In this document: in pieces, positions 1-12,704 of the stretch
How the letters are laid out: every line of letters starts with the position of its first letter
Position numbering within the stretch: position 1 is the first letter of the stretch
NCBI RefSeq assembly: GCF_009914755.1
Contig: NC_060939.1
Origin: the human T2T-CHM13v2.0 reference genome, Homo sapiens
Length of the DNA stretch: 64,000 bases
Reading direction: 5' to 3' (one strand)
The notes under the pieces: model-generated
Seen by the model: only the letters and a program-made list of their open reading frames with translations
What the model was told of the DNA's origin: nothing
Database searches by the model: none
Translations under genes and position numbers: made by a program

Positions 1-659
1 ACACACACTTATCTTTAACTCTCTTGAAAGAGACACCATTAAGTTAGTTAAAAGCAATAGGCAGCTATAACTGTCCCCAAAAACACCCATAAGAAGCAAG
101 TGCACTCTCCTTATTAAAAGGGGCCCCTTTGGGCCTTGCTTGGGTAACTGTTTCATAAGGATGAGTGGGCGGATGGCCTGATTATAGAGGCCATTCTCTG
201 TAAGCAAGTTTCCAAAAAAAAACACAAGATGTTCAGGCACAATTGCAGATTTGCTAATTACCGTCCACCTTCCTCCCTCTCCTCCTCCCCTCTCTCCTAG
301 TCACCTACACCGAGGTGGTTGGGGGCTGTCATCCCATCGCCAAAAAATTGCTTCCTTTGCCTCCCCCTCGTTGCTCTTCATCTTTTCCCAACATAATTAC
401 CATCTTGCTAATAAGTCAAATGAGTGGGTACAGCAAAGTGGGCAGCTCCACTTGGCTGCCTCACTGAGCCGCTGGCTTGGAGTGAATGGGAAATACCGTA
501 ATAGAGCTGCAGCTGCCCCAGCACGCCAAGGGAGTCCTGCTAACAGGATTTCTCTTCCTTGGTTGTTGCTTGCAGGGATGCACAGAAAACCATCTGGAGG
601 AAGGAGGAGTTATGGCCCCATCTCGGTTCCCAAGCTGTGCTTCTTTTGCCAAAGCTGTA

Positions 660-1630
660 CCTTCCCGAACACCACAGAAAAGTCACAGCCTAATCCTTCT
701 AGTCCGAAAAAGGACTCGGCTTACCCGGTGCTGACTCCCGCCCACCCCACCCAAGCCTATTCCTTTCTGACATATTTTCGTGTGAGTGTGGTCTTTCCCA
801 TAGGTCTATGCTGCCCTGCAATCCAGACTCTCAGTTGCGTTTATCAGCCGGTAACTCCTGCCCTGCCAATCACATTCTAGGCTGGAAGAAGGATTCTGGG
901 TCAGGAAGGCAGTAGCGTATTTAGACTCGCCAGAGTGGAGAGCCAAGCAGCAAGGCGACTCTGGAGGACTACACGACTTTGAGCAACCTGTAAGTCGTCA
1001 CTAATTTATGTGCTTTTGTAACACATTACCATGGGCATCTCAGGAACAGTATAAGGAGTGCCAAGTGCTTAAAATGCAACAGTGGGGCTATGTTGCAGAG
1101 ATTCGTAATTTCATTTTAAACTCAATGGAGCCCGGACGATGGGAAAGAATAGGGTGGAGCCAGAGTGGAGAGGGCGTGGCCTTGCGCCCGCCTGACATAG
1201 CAAGACTGCAGAGGAAATCGCCGTGGCAGGAAAGCGCCTCGCCTGGACACCAGCTCCGCATTAATCACCAAAGCACACTTTCTATCCTTCTGTCTGCTTT
1301 TTCTTCTCCCGCACAGTTGAGCTCTGCACAGCTCTTCGAAAGGGGTAGGAACAAGGCAAACCTCGTCTCATCCCACGAATGACTCCCTGGTGCACTTTTA
1401 ATTATTAATCTGAGCCAGGTTATTCATCATTAGGAAGGCAGCAAGCGGTACGGCTCTCACAGGCGCCATCTTTTATCACACAAATCCCAGAATACTAAAA
1501 GAGCCGATGAAGAATTATTGGAGACCCCGAAGATGCCTTTCCCTTGCCGGCTTTCTGCCCTGGGACCAGCGGGGGCTGTGCTCACGCTCTCCCTAGCTCT
1601 AGCATGCGACAGAAAAAGAGGACGTGGGAT
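660..1630. promoter_or_regulatory. CpG-enriched, promoter-like region (borderline CpG island)
   Basis: About 38 CpGs counted by eye in ~965 bp, against strong depletion elsewhere. GC/CACCC box CCCGCCCACCCCACCC 737-752, CCAAT box 866-870, YY1-type CGCCATCTTT 1464-1473, several TAAT homeodomain cores, and no recognisable repeats. Confidence 0.6.
881..989 (+). other. Candidate plus-strand exon (probably non-coding or 5' UTR)
   Basis: Pyrimidine-rich ...CACATTCTAG acceptor ending at 880 and donor CCT|GTAAGT (GT at 990-991). No transcript evidence available. Confidence 0.35.
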
Positions 1631-2265
1631 GCTTTGAACACAGTGAAGCCCCACTGATTTGAAATGAAGGGGTGAAGGTCAGTGTAGATGTGTGGAAAGC
1701 TCAAATTCAGAATATTCTTAAAGAAATCTACGCTTATCTCTTTCAAGTATATAGAATAACATATAATTATAGTTAATTAAGTGTTACCAAAAAGGAACCC
1801 TAAGGGGCAATTGGATTGAACATCGTTTTTTAGAAGCTTCTTGTTACATCAATGGCTGGTAAAAATTTGGCTTCAGGAGGGCTTTTGAAAACAATTCTCT
1901 TACATAATTTTTAATTCATTCTTTTAGTCATTCAGGCTTGAAATCATAGCGATCTTTGATTTTCCCATTTTCATGATTCCCCCCCCCAATTTTTCTTTTG
2001 TAAGAGCTATCATTAGTTGAGTTACCATGATGTGCCAGCTGACTATTATTTGTAGTTTTGATCTTTACTAAACACTGCAAAGTAGATCATTTTAGGTCCC
2101 CTTGGCAGATAAGAAAACTAAAGTTCATAGAAATTCAATGGCTTATTTTGGGTCACAAAGTTCATTGAAAAAAAATAAATAAAGTAAAACTAATATTATG
2201 CCACCTTCTTCCACCCCTCCTTAATAAAATTGCTAAGTTTGTAGATCAGAGCTATGATAAGTAAG

Positions 2266-2266
<1 letters not shown>

Positions 2267-2300
<34 letters not shown>

Positions 2301-2440
2301 TTTATATATTATATATAAACATGTAAATATACATTTATAGGTTTATATATTATATATAAACATGTAAATATACATTTATAGGTTTATATATTATATATAA
2401 ACATATAAATATACATTTATATGTTTATATATATAGGTTT
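2267..2440. repeat. (TA)n followed by an AT-rich 41-bp minisatellite (~3.5 copies)
   Basis: Unit ATAGGTTTATATATTATATATAAACATGTAAATATACATTT starts at 2296, 2337 and 2378, with a partial variant at 2419. Confidence 0.95.
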
Positions 2441-3099
2441 CACTAGGTTCCTTATAATTTTTTTATATTAAAATATATAGAAAATGTGGGATTATATGTT
2501 AATTAAGTGTAGAGTATTTGTTTCTGATTGAGCTGTCCTTTTGGTGGCTGCCCCAGCTGTTCACATCTGTATCTAATGGATCCCAGCTATAGGTCCAACT
2601 GCAACTTTATCCCTAGGGACAAGAGATATATTCAGCCACATCATCTGGTGGTAATTGACACTGTACTGCCTTCTGGATTCAGGAGCCACAGTGCCAAAGA
2701 TTAATCCTGAGTATTATATAGACTCTTCAGGATTGCCAATATGGGCTTTATCTATCCCTCTTTCTTTATAATTTCTATATCTATTTTAACCAATCTCCAT
2801 CAATAACTGTAGTTCCTCTCCCACTCTAATTTGCTACACTGAATCCTTATTCTCGCCAGTTACCATTCCTCAAAAAGCTGAAGCCTGACCTATATTACGA
2901 ATTATCATTAGAGGGCCCTCTCTTAAACAAACAAACAACAACAATATATCTTAAACGCATGACATAGATTTGCTTTGTTTCATGTTATCAATGGTTCCAA
3001 GGAAATTCTCATTTAGGATCACTGCCATCCAATCTCAGGATGCCTCACGTTCAAATCCACTTTTACTGACAAGACCCGAAGACGTATAACTAATGAATA

Positions 3100-3700
3100 G
3101 GTTCTACCTTAAACGAATTTCACTCTTGAATCTTGGCTTTGGCCTAAGGTTAATCAACATTTTTGTTCTTAACTTGGATGTTGCATATGGCCAAATCAAC
3201 CTGTGCGTGACACAGAGCTGGGAAAAAGAGCTAAAAATGAGTCCAAAAAAATGTTCCAAAAGCTGCAACAATGGGCTCAATACAACATGATGAAATTTAA
3301 CAGGCACAAATGTAGATTTAAAAATGAAAACCACTAACAATTGCAGACATGAATAATTGGGGGGGGGGGATTTATCAATAACACATGTGAAAAAGATACA
3401 GGGGTTTTAATTGACTTTAAGCTCAGTATGAGTCAACTATGTGATATAGATGCCAAAATATTAATGCAATATTAGGCAAAAAGAATAGAAATAGCATAGA
3501 CTTTTCAGAACAAGAGACCGTCATCCCGCTCATTCTGAGCCAGTGAAATCACACCTGGGTTGGGGTGTGTTGGGTTGGGGTCTGGAGAGCACTCAGGTAG
3601 TGGGGGGTCCTGGATCCATGTTATGTGAGAAGTGATTGAAGGAACTCAGTGTCTGGTAGAAGAAAGCCACAATGAGTATCTTAAAATATCCAACAATTTT
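3100..3700 (+). mobile_element. L3/CR1 LINE fossil
   Basis: CR1-like motif GGGGTTTTAATTGACTTTAAGCTCAGTATGAGTCAACTATGTGAT...AATGCAATATTAGGC. Confidence 0.6.
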
Positions 3701-3730
3701 GGAATATAAGGAGAATCAGAGTTCTCCTAT

Positions 3731-4025
3731 CCTCAAGCCTATCATCTCAGCACTTTGGGAAGCTGAGGTGGGTAGGTGGCTTGAGCCCAGGAGTTCGAGA
3801 CCAGCTTGGACAATGTGGGGAAACCCTGTCTCATCAAAAAATAGAAAAATTAGCTGGGTGTGGTGGTGCACACCTGTATTCCCAGCCACTTGGGAGGCTG
3901 AGGTGGGAAAATCACCTGAGTCCTGAGAAGTCAAGGCTGAAGTGAGCTGTGATTATGCCGCTGCACCCTAGCCTGGGAGACAAAGACACTGTCTCAAAAA
4001 AAAAAAAAAAAAAGAAAGAAAGAAA
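3731..4025 (+). mobile_element. AluJ-type SINE
   Basis: Dimeric Alu with TTGAGCCCAGGAGTTCGAGACC and a poly-A/(GAAA)n tail; slightly 5' truncated. Confidence 0.95.
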
Positions 4026-6198
4026 ATGGAAAGGAATCTACAGTAAATATAAATGGGACATTTTTATCATTTAGAATGTTCTTTTTAACTTTCTATAATT
4101 GACAGAAAAACTTGTATACATTTATCATGTACAATTTGATGTTTTGAATTATGCACACTTTGTGGAATGATTGGAATGTTCTTAAATGGAATGAACTTCA
4201 CTGGGAAAAGGAGTTGGCAGTCAACAAATTTAACAGATATTGGATGAGTACCTCTAGAGCTTTATAGAAGAGATTAATGCCTTCAAAAAATCTGGGCTGG
4301 ACAAGAGAAACTGTAGCATAGATATGAATGCTATACAGTCTACATACTGCTGGATAATCCTGAATCATTATATTTTTCTGTGATTTCCTCATCTTCCCAA
4401 TTAAAGTGAAAGTTCTCTGAAGCCAGAGACCATGTCCTTATCCTGGGCTTCTCCTAACTTCCTTCTCTTCCTTCTAGTGTGGCTCAGAGAAAAACCCTTA
4501 ATAACTATGATGACTGATAGCTGGAATTGTTAACTTACGTAGCTAATATTTTACCCCATTGGCTAAAGTATGGGCCAGCCTAACTTATGTCATAATTGTC
4601 ACATTTCTGACCTGTGGAATTAGCAATAATATTCTGCATTTCTTGCATCGCTGTTTGCTCATCTCATTTGAAAGTACCAAGGTTCTTTCCCCCGAAGATA
4701 TCCAGTTCTGAGTAACACGGACATGCTGGGAAATCTCTCTATGCCTTAGTGTTCCTTTTGTGAAAGGGAGGGATGAGATTTCCAAGGTCTCTTTCAATTT
4801 TGTCATTCTATGACTCTAGTCCTGTGGACTGCCTTAGGAGTTTTGATTATTTTGTCTTTTTCATATATTTCCTTCATCTCTCTCCTATGTTCCTTCAATG
4901 ACTTTGATAGTATCACTGAGCTGGGTATGTTAGCATCAGATTCTGAACATAGCATCTCAAGAACTCTTAAAGATTAAATATGTAGAGAATTATAAATATT
5001 TGAAATACCCGGGGGCTGGTGTATGTACTGTCTTTAAAAAGATCTTTTTGATCTAGTATCTTTTATTTGCTTGCTTGCAAGCTGGCTTTTTTACCCTCTG
5101 CTAGAGCATCAAACTGGTTGGCAGGCTTTCAGGATGGTGAAGGGCCCTGCAGACAGTCGCAGCACCCTCACTCCCTGCTCTCCATACTTATTCCATACTC
5201 AAGATTGAGGGAAAGGATGGGACATTCACAAGCTCTGATACCGCAGCAGAGTACAATACTAAGAATTCCTTTTGCTGAGCCTGAAAAGTCTTAACTAACT
5301 ATTGAAAGGTCTAAGCTCTGAAGCTTTGCTATTCACTCACTTAGGAAAGATGCATAGCCTTGCTGAAAATCCATTTTCCATGATAATGACCCTTACATTC
5401 CGCAAATAATGTCTTTCTTGAATATCTATTTCCTAATTCTTGATCGATTATAATCAAAATATTTTTATTACAGCTCTGCCACATATATGACTTTAGTAGA
5501 CACAGTTTCTACATGATACTTACCTTGAAGGGTTTATTAGTTTATTATTTATTTGTTGGCTTTTGTCTGTTTATTAACATATTCCGTGCTTTTCTTTCTT
5601 GTCTTGCTTCATTCCTTCTGTATTTCTGCCCTCTCTTTCTTTCTTCTTTCTTCACAATATTTCTTCTGAAAATGCTTTCAGGTGCTTTACATAAAGGCAC
5701 AGAAAAAAAGTGTAATTTAAATAAAGAGGTTATGGCAAAAGGAAAAGTGGGATGATCCTAGGATAAATATACAATGGAGTCTATGCCTAGACGATATGAG
5801 GAATATGAGGATATAGGATATATAAAGTGATAGAGTACATTCATAAAGGATATGAGGAATAGAGGACGGAGGTAAATAAACAAAATGCTTAGCAAATGCC
5901 TAACACTCTTTCTAGAATGTTGCAGTGTGTTTCATAATAGCAAGAAAAAGAGGAAAAATAAGGAATTATATGCCTCAGCATTTCTACAAGCTAAAAAGAA
6001 ACCTGCTGATCAGGAGAAGCATGACTGCTACTGGTCCTGGGGCTGGAGAGAAATAAAGAGAACATCATGGATTGTTGTAGACATGGTTTTCAACAAACTT
6101 TTGCAAAAAACACAACTTTTATAAGAATGCTTCTTTTAATATTCCTCCACATGAGCATTTGCCATAATGCCAAATAGTGCTTCATTTAAAGGCATTTT

Positions 6199-6514
6199 GG
6201 CCAGGCACAGTGCCTCACACCTGTAATCTCAAGGCTTTAGGAGTCCAAGGCAGGAGGATCGCTTAAAGCCGGGAGTTCGAGACAAGCTGGGCAAGACAGG
6301 GAGATCCTGTCTCAAAAAAAAAAAAAAAAAGAAAAGGAGAAAAATTAGCCAGGCATGGTTGTGCATGCCTGTAGTCCTAATTACTCTCTTTGGGAGGCTT
6401 AGGAGGGAGGGTCACTTGAGCTCAGGAGTTCAAGGTGGTAGTAGGCTATGATAACGCCACTGCACTCCAGCCTGGGCAACAGAATAAGACTAAGCTGGCT
6501 CATAAAAAGAAAAA
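6199..6514 (+). mobile_element. AluJ-type SINE with TSD
   Basis: Full dimer with an expanded central A-tract. TSD TAAAGGCATTTT (6187-6198) / TAAAAGCATTCT (6515-6526). Confidence 0.95.
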
Positions 6515-6849
6515 TAAAAGCATTCTATGTGGTAAAGACAGATGGTGGGGAATCAAAAGGGTGAGGGAGAGGAAGAGACAAAATGCTTCTCTGTTGTCCA
6601 GCTTAACAAAAGGATGAATTTTCAAAAACTAGATGCATAAACTGCATATCTTTCAGATAACTTTCCATAAAATAAGAGACCTAAACTCTCTCATAAGTCC
6701 AACAAAAGTTTTGATAATTGTTGATGGTTCACAGGTTTGAGATTATAATACCCCATGACTACCAGAATATCACTATTTCCTATTTCCAGCAAAATCCAGT
6801 CCAAAGCACAAAACATTCAGGTTCGCATTAAAAGTCCTTTGATAAAAAT

Positions 6850-7025
6850 AATTATGATTAAGTACTCTGTCTGTTGGGTATGTTGCATACAGCATTTTTA
6901 TTATTTATAACAACCCCTCAAAGTAAGTATGATGTAGAAACTGAGGCATAAATGCATTTAAGTAACTTTTCCAAAGTCACAAAGTGTCTAAGAGGGTCAG
7001 ATTTCAAACTCATGTTTCTCTGACT
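6850..7025 (-). mobile_element. MIR SINE
   Basis: MIR core in reverse: GAAACTGAGGCATA...TTTAAGTAACTTTTCCAAAGTCACA. Confidence 0.7.
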
Positions 7026-8027
7026 GTGTTAAGTCAATAAGATGTACGCTGGTTGCTCAGTGGGCCATGCTGAGGATCCACCTTGGCTCACTTCCTGACA
7101 AGTGCTTATTATACCTCTGGATTTTTAAAAAACTAGTATTGTTTGTTAAAATATTTGAACAGTCTTCCAAGAACCCCTATGACTCATGTTGGTCTTAAAG
7201 TGGAGCAACAATTACAAAAGGAGATTCTCTCTTTCTTAGTCTCTCTCTCCCTCCCTCCCTCCATCTCCCTTTCCTCTAGTTTTACAAAGTCTATCCAAGA
7301 CCCCAGAAAAACATAACACATAATCCTGATTTTTTAAATCCAGTTTCAGAGGAGAGGAGGTTTCACATTTGATAGGGTCATGGTTTATTGGATCATAGGG
7401 CTAAGAGAAGCAAATGCAGAGTTTGGCCCAAAGCAGAAAAGAACCAAGTGGTAGTCTCCAGCTTTCTTTTTACTTGACATGTTTTCAATGGCCAGTCATT
7501 TTTACATGCTCAGGATGGCCCTAGAGAAGGTTTCCTGGTGGCATTATCAAAATGTGTGCTGGATGGAGATCAGAACAACAACCACACTCCTGACACAGCA
7601 TTTGCACTTGCCCAGCCTGCCATGAGATCCCACCATCCTTCTTACCCGAATGTGAATAAGTCAGAAGGACTTTCTGTCACCATTCTTTCCAGATCTAACG
7701 TGTGTGTCACTGATCTCTTAAAACATTGTTTTACATTTTACAGTTTCAATGTTAATGCTTAGAACAGCTAAAGCAGTACCATATGTAACGTACAAAATAT
7801 AGAAAACAAAAATGTGAAGAAGAGAAATATCCACTATGATTTCACCTCCAAGACATTTCTATTTATATACTTGTGAATATATGTCTAGGCTTTTTATCTG
7901 TGTGTATAAATGCACAAACACATATAAAAACATACATATTTGTTTGATTTTAAGAAAATTAAGGTTTCATAGAAAACATAATTATGTATTATTATTTTTC
8001 CTTCTTACTTTATAAGCATATTTTGTG

Positions 8028-8440
8028 TTAAGTGAAGTAAGCCAGACACAGAAAGAAAAATATTGCATAATGATCTCACTTATATTTGGAATCTTCAAAA
8101 ACGGTCAAATATATGCAGAGAGAGAATAAAAATGGGTAGTAGGGTCAGGGGCTGGGGCAGGGTGGGATGTAGGTCAGAGAATACTAAGAGGCAGGTATAT
8201 AGGATAAAGTCTAGAGATCTAATGTGCAAGATGATTACTACAGTTAATAAAATTACATTGTATTATGGATTTTTGTTAAGTAAGCAGATTTTAAATGCTC
8301 TTGTCCCTAGAAAAGTAAATATGTAAGATGGTAGATATGTTAATTTGCTTCATCGTAGTAACCATTTTACTGTCTATATGTATCCCATGACATCATGATG
8401 TAAATCTCAAACATACACAATAAAATTTATTTAGAAAAAC
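8028..8440 (+). mobile_element. L1MA-type 3' end fragment
   Basis: AAGTGAAGTAAGCCAGACACAGAAAGAAAAATATTGCA..., G-rich 3'UTR and AATAAA; resembles 53280-53735. Confidence 0.85.
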
Positions 8441-8659
8441 AAGTTTATTGAAATGTTAAAAGCATGTTTAAAGTGATGCATGATACTCCAACATAGGTTA
8501 TACTATAACTTCTTTAATTATTCCAATATGAGTACATATTTATGTTTTCCATTTTTTACTATGTAATATAGTGCTGTAATGATCATCATTGTTCATAATA
8601 TACATAACATTATGATGTATATTAAATCACTTTTCATCTACAAGAAGCGAGGAAGTAAG

Positions 8660-10080
8660 TAAGGTCTTCAGTTAGCTAAAACAAGAGAACATAGAAAAAG
8701 TTTAAACATAAAAAGGAATAGCATGTACAAAGGTCCTGTGGCTGAAAAGAGCACAACAACAGGAAAAAGAAACCCGAACAATCAAACAATGAAACAAAAC
8801 GTAATGTAAAGAGTACAAGGGATGGGGGGAGGGCAAATAATAAAGCGAAACTGGAGACAGAGGCAGGGAGTAGAATATGCTTTGGTCTTTATTTTAAAGG
8901 CAAAAAAATAAATTTTTAAGGAGGGTTTGGAGTTTCTGAAGTTTTACTTTTAAAGTAGAGTTGAGAGATGAGACATAAAGCAATTTGTGCCTAAAAATTT
9001 GTGTTTAAGAGGATCCCTTTGGCCTACCAAAGAGATACCTGCATTTGCATGTTGATTGCAGCACTATTTATAATAGCAAAAACATGGAATCAACCCAAGT
9101 GCCCATCAACAGTGGACTGGATAAAGAAAATGTGGTACATACACACCATGGAGTACTACACGGCCATAAAAAACCCTGAAGTGATGTCCTTTGCAGCAAC
9201 ATGGATGCAGCTGGAGGCCATTATCCTAAGTGAAAACCAACAGAAAACCAAATACTGCATGCTCTCACTTGTAAGTGGGAACTAAACATTGGGTACACAT
9301 GGACATAAAGATAGGAACAATAGAACACCAGGGGCCCCAAAAGAGGGGAGAGAAGAAAGTGCACAAAGGTCAAAAAGCTACCTATTGGGTACTATGTTCA
9401 CTATTTGGGTGACACATTCACACGATATATCCCTCTGACAAACCTGCATATGTAACCCATGAATCTAATTTTTTAAAAAAGATCCCTTTTACTATAGCAC
9501 AGAGGATACACTGAAAGGGAGAGTAGAATGGCCATGGATGGAGGAGTTAGGAGCTTATTGCCATAGTCTAGGTGGGAGACAATCACAGCTTTGTGTAGGA
9601 TGCTAAGAAAGAGATGGTGACAAACGGATGGGTTCAAGAAGCATTTAGATGGCAAAACTGACAGGACTTCCTTGTAGATGGGATATGGGTGGGGAGGTAG
9701 GGAAAATACATTTACAAGGATGAGTCCTTGATATCTGACTTACAAAACTGTTGTTGTCATTTACCAAGATAAGGAATCCTGGAGGAGGATCATGGTTGCC
9801 GGGTAGATATTTTGTGTTCAGTACTGGAACTCTTGTGGCGTTTAGATACATGTACTTGTAGGCCAGGAACTTTTAGAAACAGTCCAAGCTTTGGAGGGTA
9901 CCTCTGACTGTCACTGGCACATAACTGGCCATAAAAGAATGATGTGGATAAAATTTCAAAAGAACTGGTGTGGAATGAGAAAGGTAGAGAGCCTGGAACA
10001 AGAATTAAAGTGTAAAAGAAGCAAAGTTGAAGGGAAACTAGCATGATCACTAAAACGTTTTGGAACGGGAGGAGGATTAA
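8660..10080 (-). mobile_element. L2 LINE fossil (interrupted by the L1PB-like element)
   Basis: L2 antisense motifs, e.g. AGCATGTACAAAGGTCCTGTGG and CAAAACTGACAGGACTTCCTTGTAGATGGGATATGGG. Confidence 0.65.
9024..9475 (+). mobile_element. 5'-truncated L1PB-like 3' end inserted into an L2
   Basis: ORF2 C-terminal remnant (WNQPKCPSTVDWIKKMWYIHTMEYY) plus 3'UTR. Flanking repeat GATCCCTTT at 9012-9020 and 9481-9489. Confidence 0.9.
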
Positions 10081-11158
10081 TTGATGAATGGAATACTTGG
10101 TTCTATCCTACTCTTACATATGGGGTTTTTTGACTTGAATGCTTGAATTCCAAGTCAGCTACACAGCACGTTAAACTGACTTGATAACATAGGGAAACTC
10201 AGGCACCAGCTTTTAGGCAGGTTATCTTAAAATAGTTTTATTGTTAATTCTAACTTGTCAGAGGGATTCTTAACATCGCACAAAACATTCACTTCTGAAG
10301 ACGTGGGAAGTTGGGTGGTGAGTCAGGAGATGGGGGTCATTCAGCCTGGAGGTCTCCACAAGTGTAAAATACAAGTCAGGCCAGGTAAGTGAATGACAGC
10401 GCTCACCTGCTGCTTCATTCTAATTGTACTTTGGGGACTATGCTAGAAAGAGGACACCTGATAAAAAGAGTTATACGATATAAGCTTGACTCCAAGCTGT
10501 AGAGGACAGTGCAGGGTCTCAAGGAGAAGGGAGGTTTGGCAAAAGCCACCTGAGATACAAGGATGATTGGAAGCCACTGGAATATCGAGATCCCATCTGA
10601 GAAAGGGAGTCAAAGACTGCTGAGAAGATGAACACCATTTCCCTCTACATGTGTTTGTTCCTATGTTCCTCTGTTCCTCTGATTCCCATGCTGATTAACA
10701 AATGACTCCCCACAGCCAAAGGCTTTTCTGTGGGTGTTCTTGAATGTAGCTGAAGAAGGTGGTTGCTGAGGAGGGGAAAGCTGTCCCTCAAAATGCTTTG
10801 AAAGGATATAGCAAGGTGGCCCTTATAAAACAGAAAGTCAACCAGACTCAGGAAATGAGCCCATAGACTTACACCAGAATGATCAGCTCCTAGGAAGAAA
10901 ATGGAGATGGAGGTGAATATTCACTCATAGAATGCTTATGAAGATGCTAATGTGGGCCAAGTCTATGAGTTACTCAGCAAGATGTTAGCCTAAGGATCAG
11001 CCTCTTATAAAAAACTATAGTTCTATTTTCTGGCATATTTTAAATTAATTAATGTCTTCATTCTTTTGACCCAGTTGTCCTGAATATCTGTTTTGTGTTA
11101 GGCATTGAGAATATAACCATGAACAAAAGCAGACATGGTCCTTAACTTTATGACTTAG

Positions 11159-11504
<346 letters not shown>

Positions 11505-12619
11505 CACTCTTTTGATTTCTTAAGAGGTTATTTTTTTCCATGGGGTCTGTGGATCTATTTCAATGTTGCTGCTTAAGACACTTTTCAGTGTAGTCTTACG
11601 CCAGTAACTCTCCTGAATAGTATCTATAAAATATCTCTGAAATAGGTCACATTTCCTGAATATACCCCCAGGACATGGGTCTGAGAAAAATCCGTCTGCA
11701 TGGTCTTCATTCCCTAGTCTCTCTCCTGCCCTCCAAACCTGCTCTTCCCCAAAGACTCATGTTCTTCACATTCGTTCCATCAGCCTGAAGTCTTCAGGGC
11801 ACCTGGGGGACAAAGTACTCATTTCCGCAGTTCCTGCTTCAATTATCTTCTTGTTGAATAAATTAACATAAAAATATAGGATATCTAAAATCCAATTATA
11901 TTTTAGTTACTCTGGATAGAGACAAACAATTATTTTGTATACACACATTAATTGGAAACAGAAGATGCATTTTGTTTATTATTTTGCGAGTGGTTGTTTT
12001 AAACTGTCTCTCAGCTTAACTTTCTTTGACCTCATTTTCCCAAGAAGTATGGTTTCTCTTCACAGATCCATACTTTTACCTCCAGTTAAACTAGCTATCT
12101 GATTTTATTGCTTCTCCATGTGCAAACCTTCCATTTCAAGCCAATATCTTTCCACACCCTACTACCTTAATTAACCCATACATTTTGAGATACAACTTAT
12201 CTTTTATTTAATGTTTTCTTATTTCCACATATGAACCTTTAAAATATACAATGGTGCATTTGAAATATGCAAAATGATTTATGGTCTGGTTTCAAAGGAT
12301 GACCTAAAGAATAAATAATGCCCAAGGGTAAGTGAGGTCATTCATTATAGTAATTTTTAGTGTGCTTGCCAAATGCCAAGGGAAATCATATGATGCAGTA
12401 ATCTCACTTCTAGGAATCTATTTCAAACATACTGATAGATAACAATATTAAATAACATAAGATAGGACTATTCATTGAAACACTGTGATATATCAAATGA
12501 TTGAATTGAAAACTACCCAGATTTTGATTATGGAAACTGGTGAAGTAAACTATGATATCTTCCCCAAATGGAATTGTAAGCAACTAAACAACAACAAAAA
12601 GAATATGCATATATATGTA

Positions 12620-12623
<4 letters not shown>

Positions 12624-12690
<67 letters not shown>
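12624..12690. repeat. Compound microsatellite (TC)n(AT)n
   Basis: Directly visible in the sequence. Confidence 0.98.
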
Positions 12691-12695
<5 letters not shown>

Positions 12696-12704
12696 TACAC
12701 ATAC

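Noticed and set aside
251-880. 209-aa ORF and the overlapping 82-aa ORF (486-734)
   Set aside because: The long ORF starts at TTG, and neither has a recognisable domain. Long open frames are expected by chance in GC-richer promoter DNA.
1008-1382. 124-aa ORF
   Set aside because: No recognisable homology; it lies just past a splice donor in probable intron.
2296-2440. CRISPR-like array
   Set aside because: Head-to-tail tandem units with no unique spacers, eukaryotic context and no cas genes.
9001-9285. L1 ORF2-like peptide
   Set aside because: C-terminal remnant of a truncated L1, not a gene.
10393-10406. REST/NRSE site (GACAGCGC)
   Set aside because: Only a partial half-site; the TTCAGCACC half is absent.
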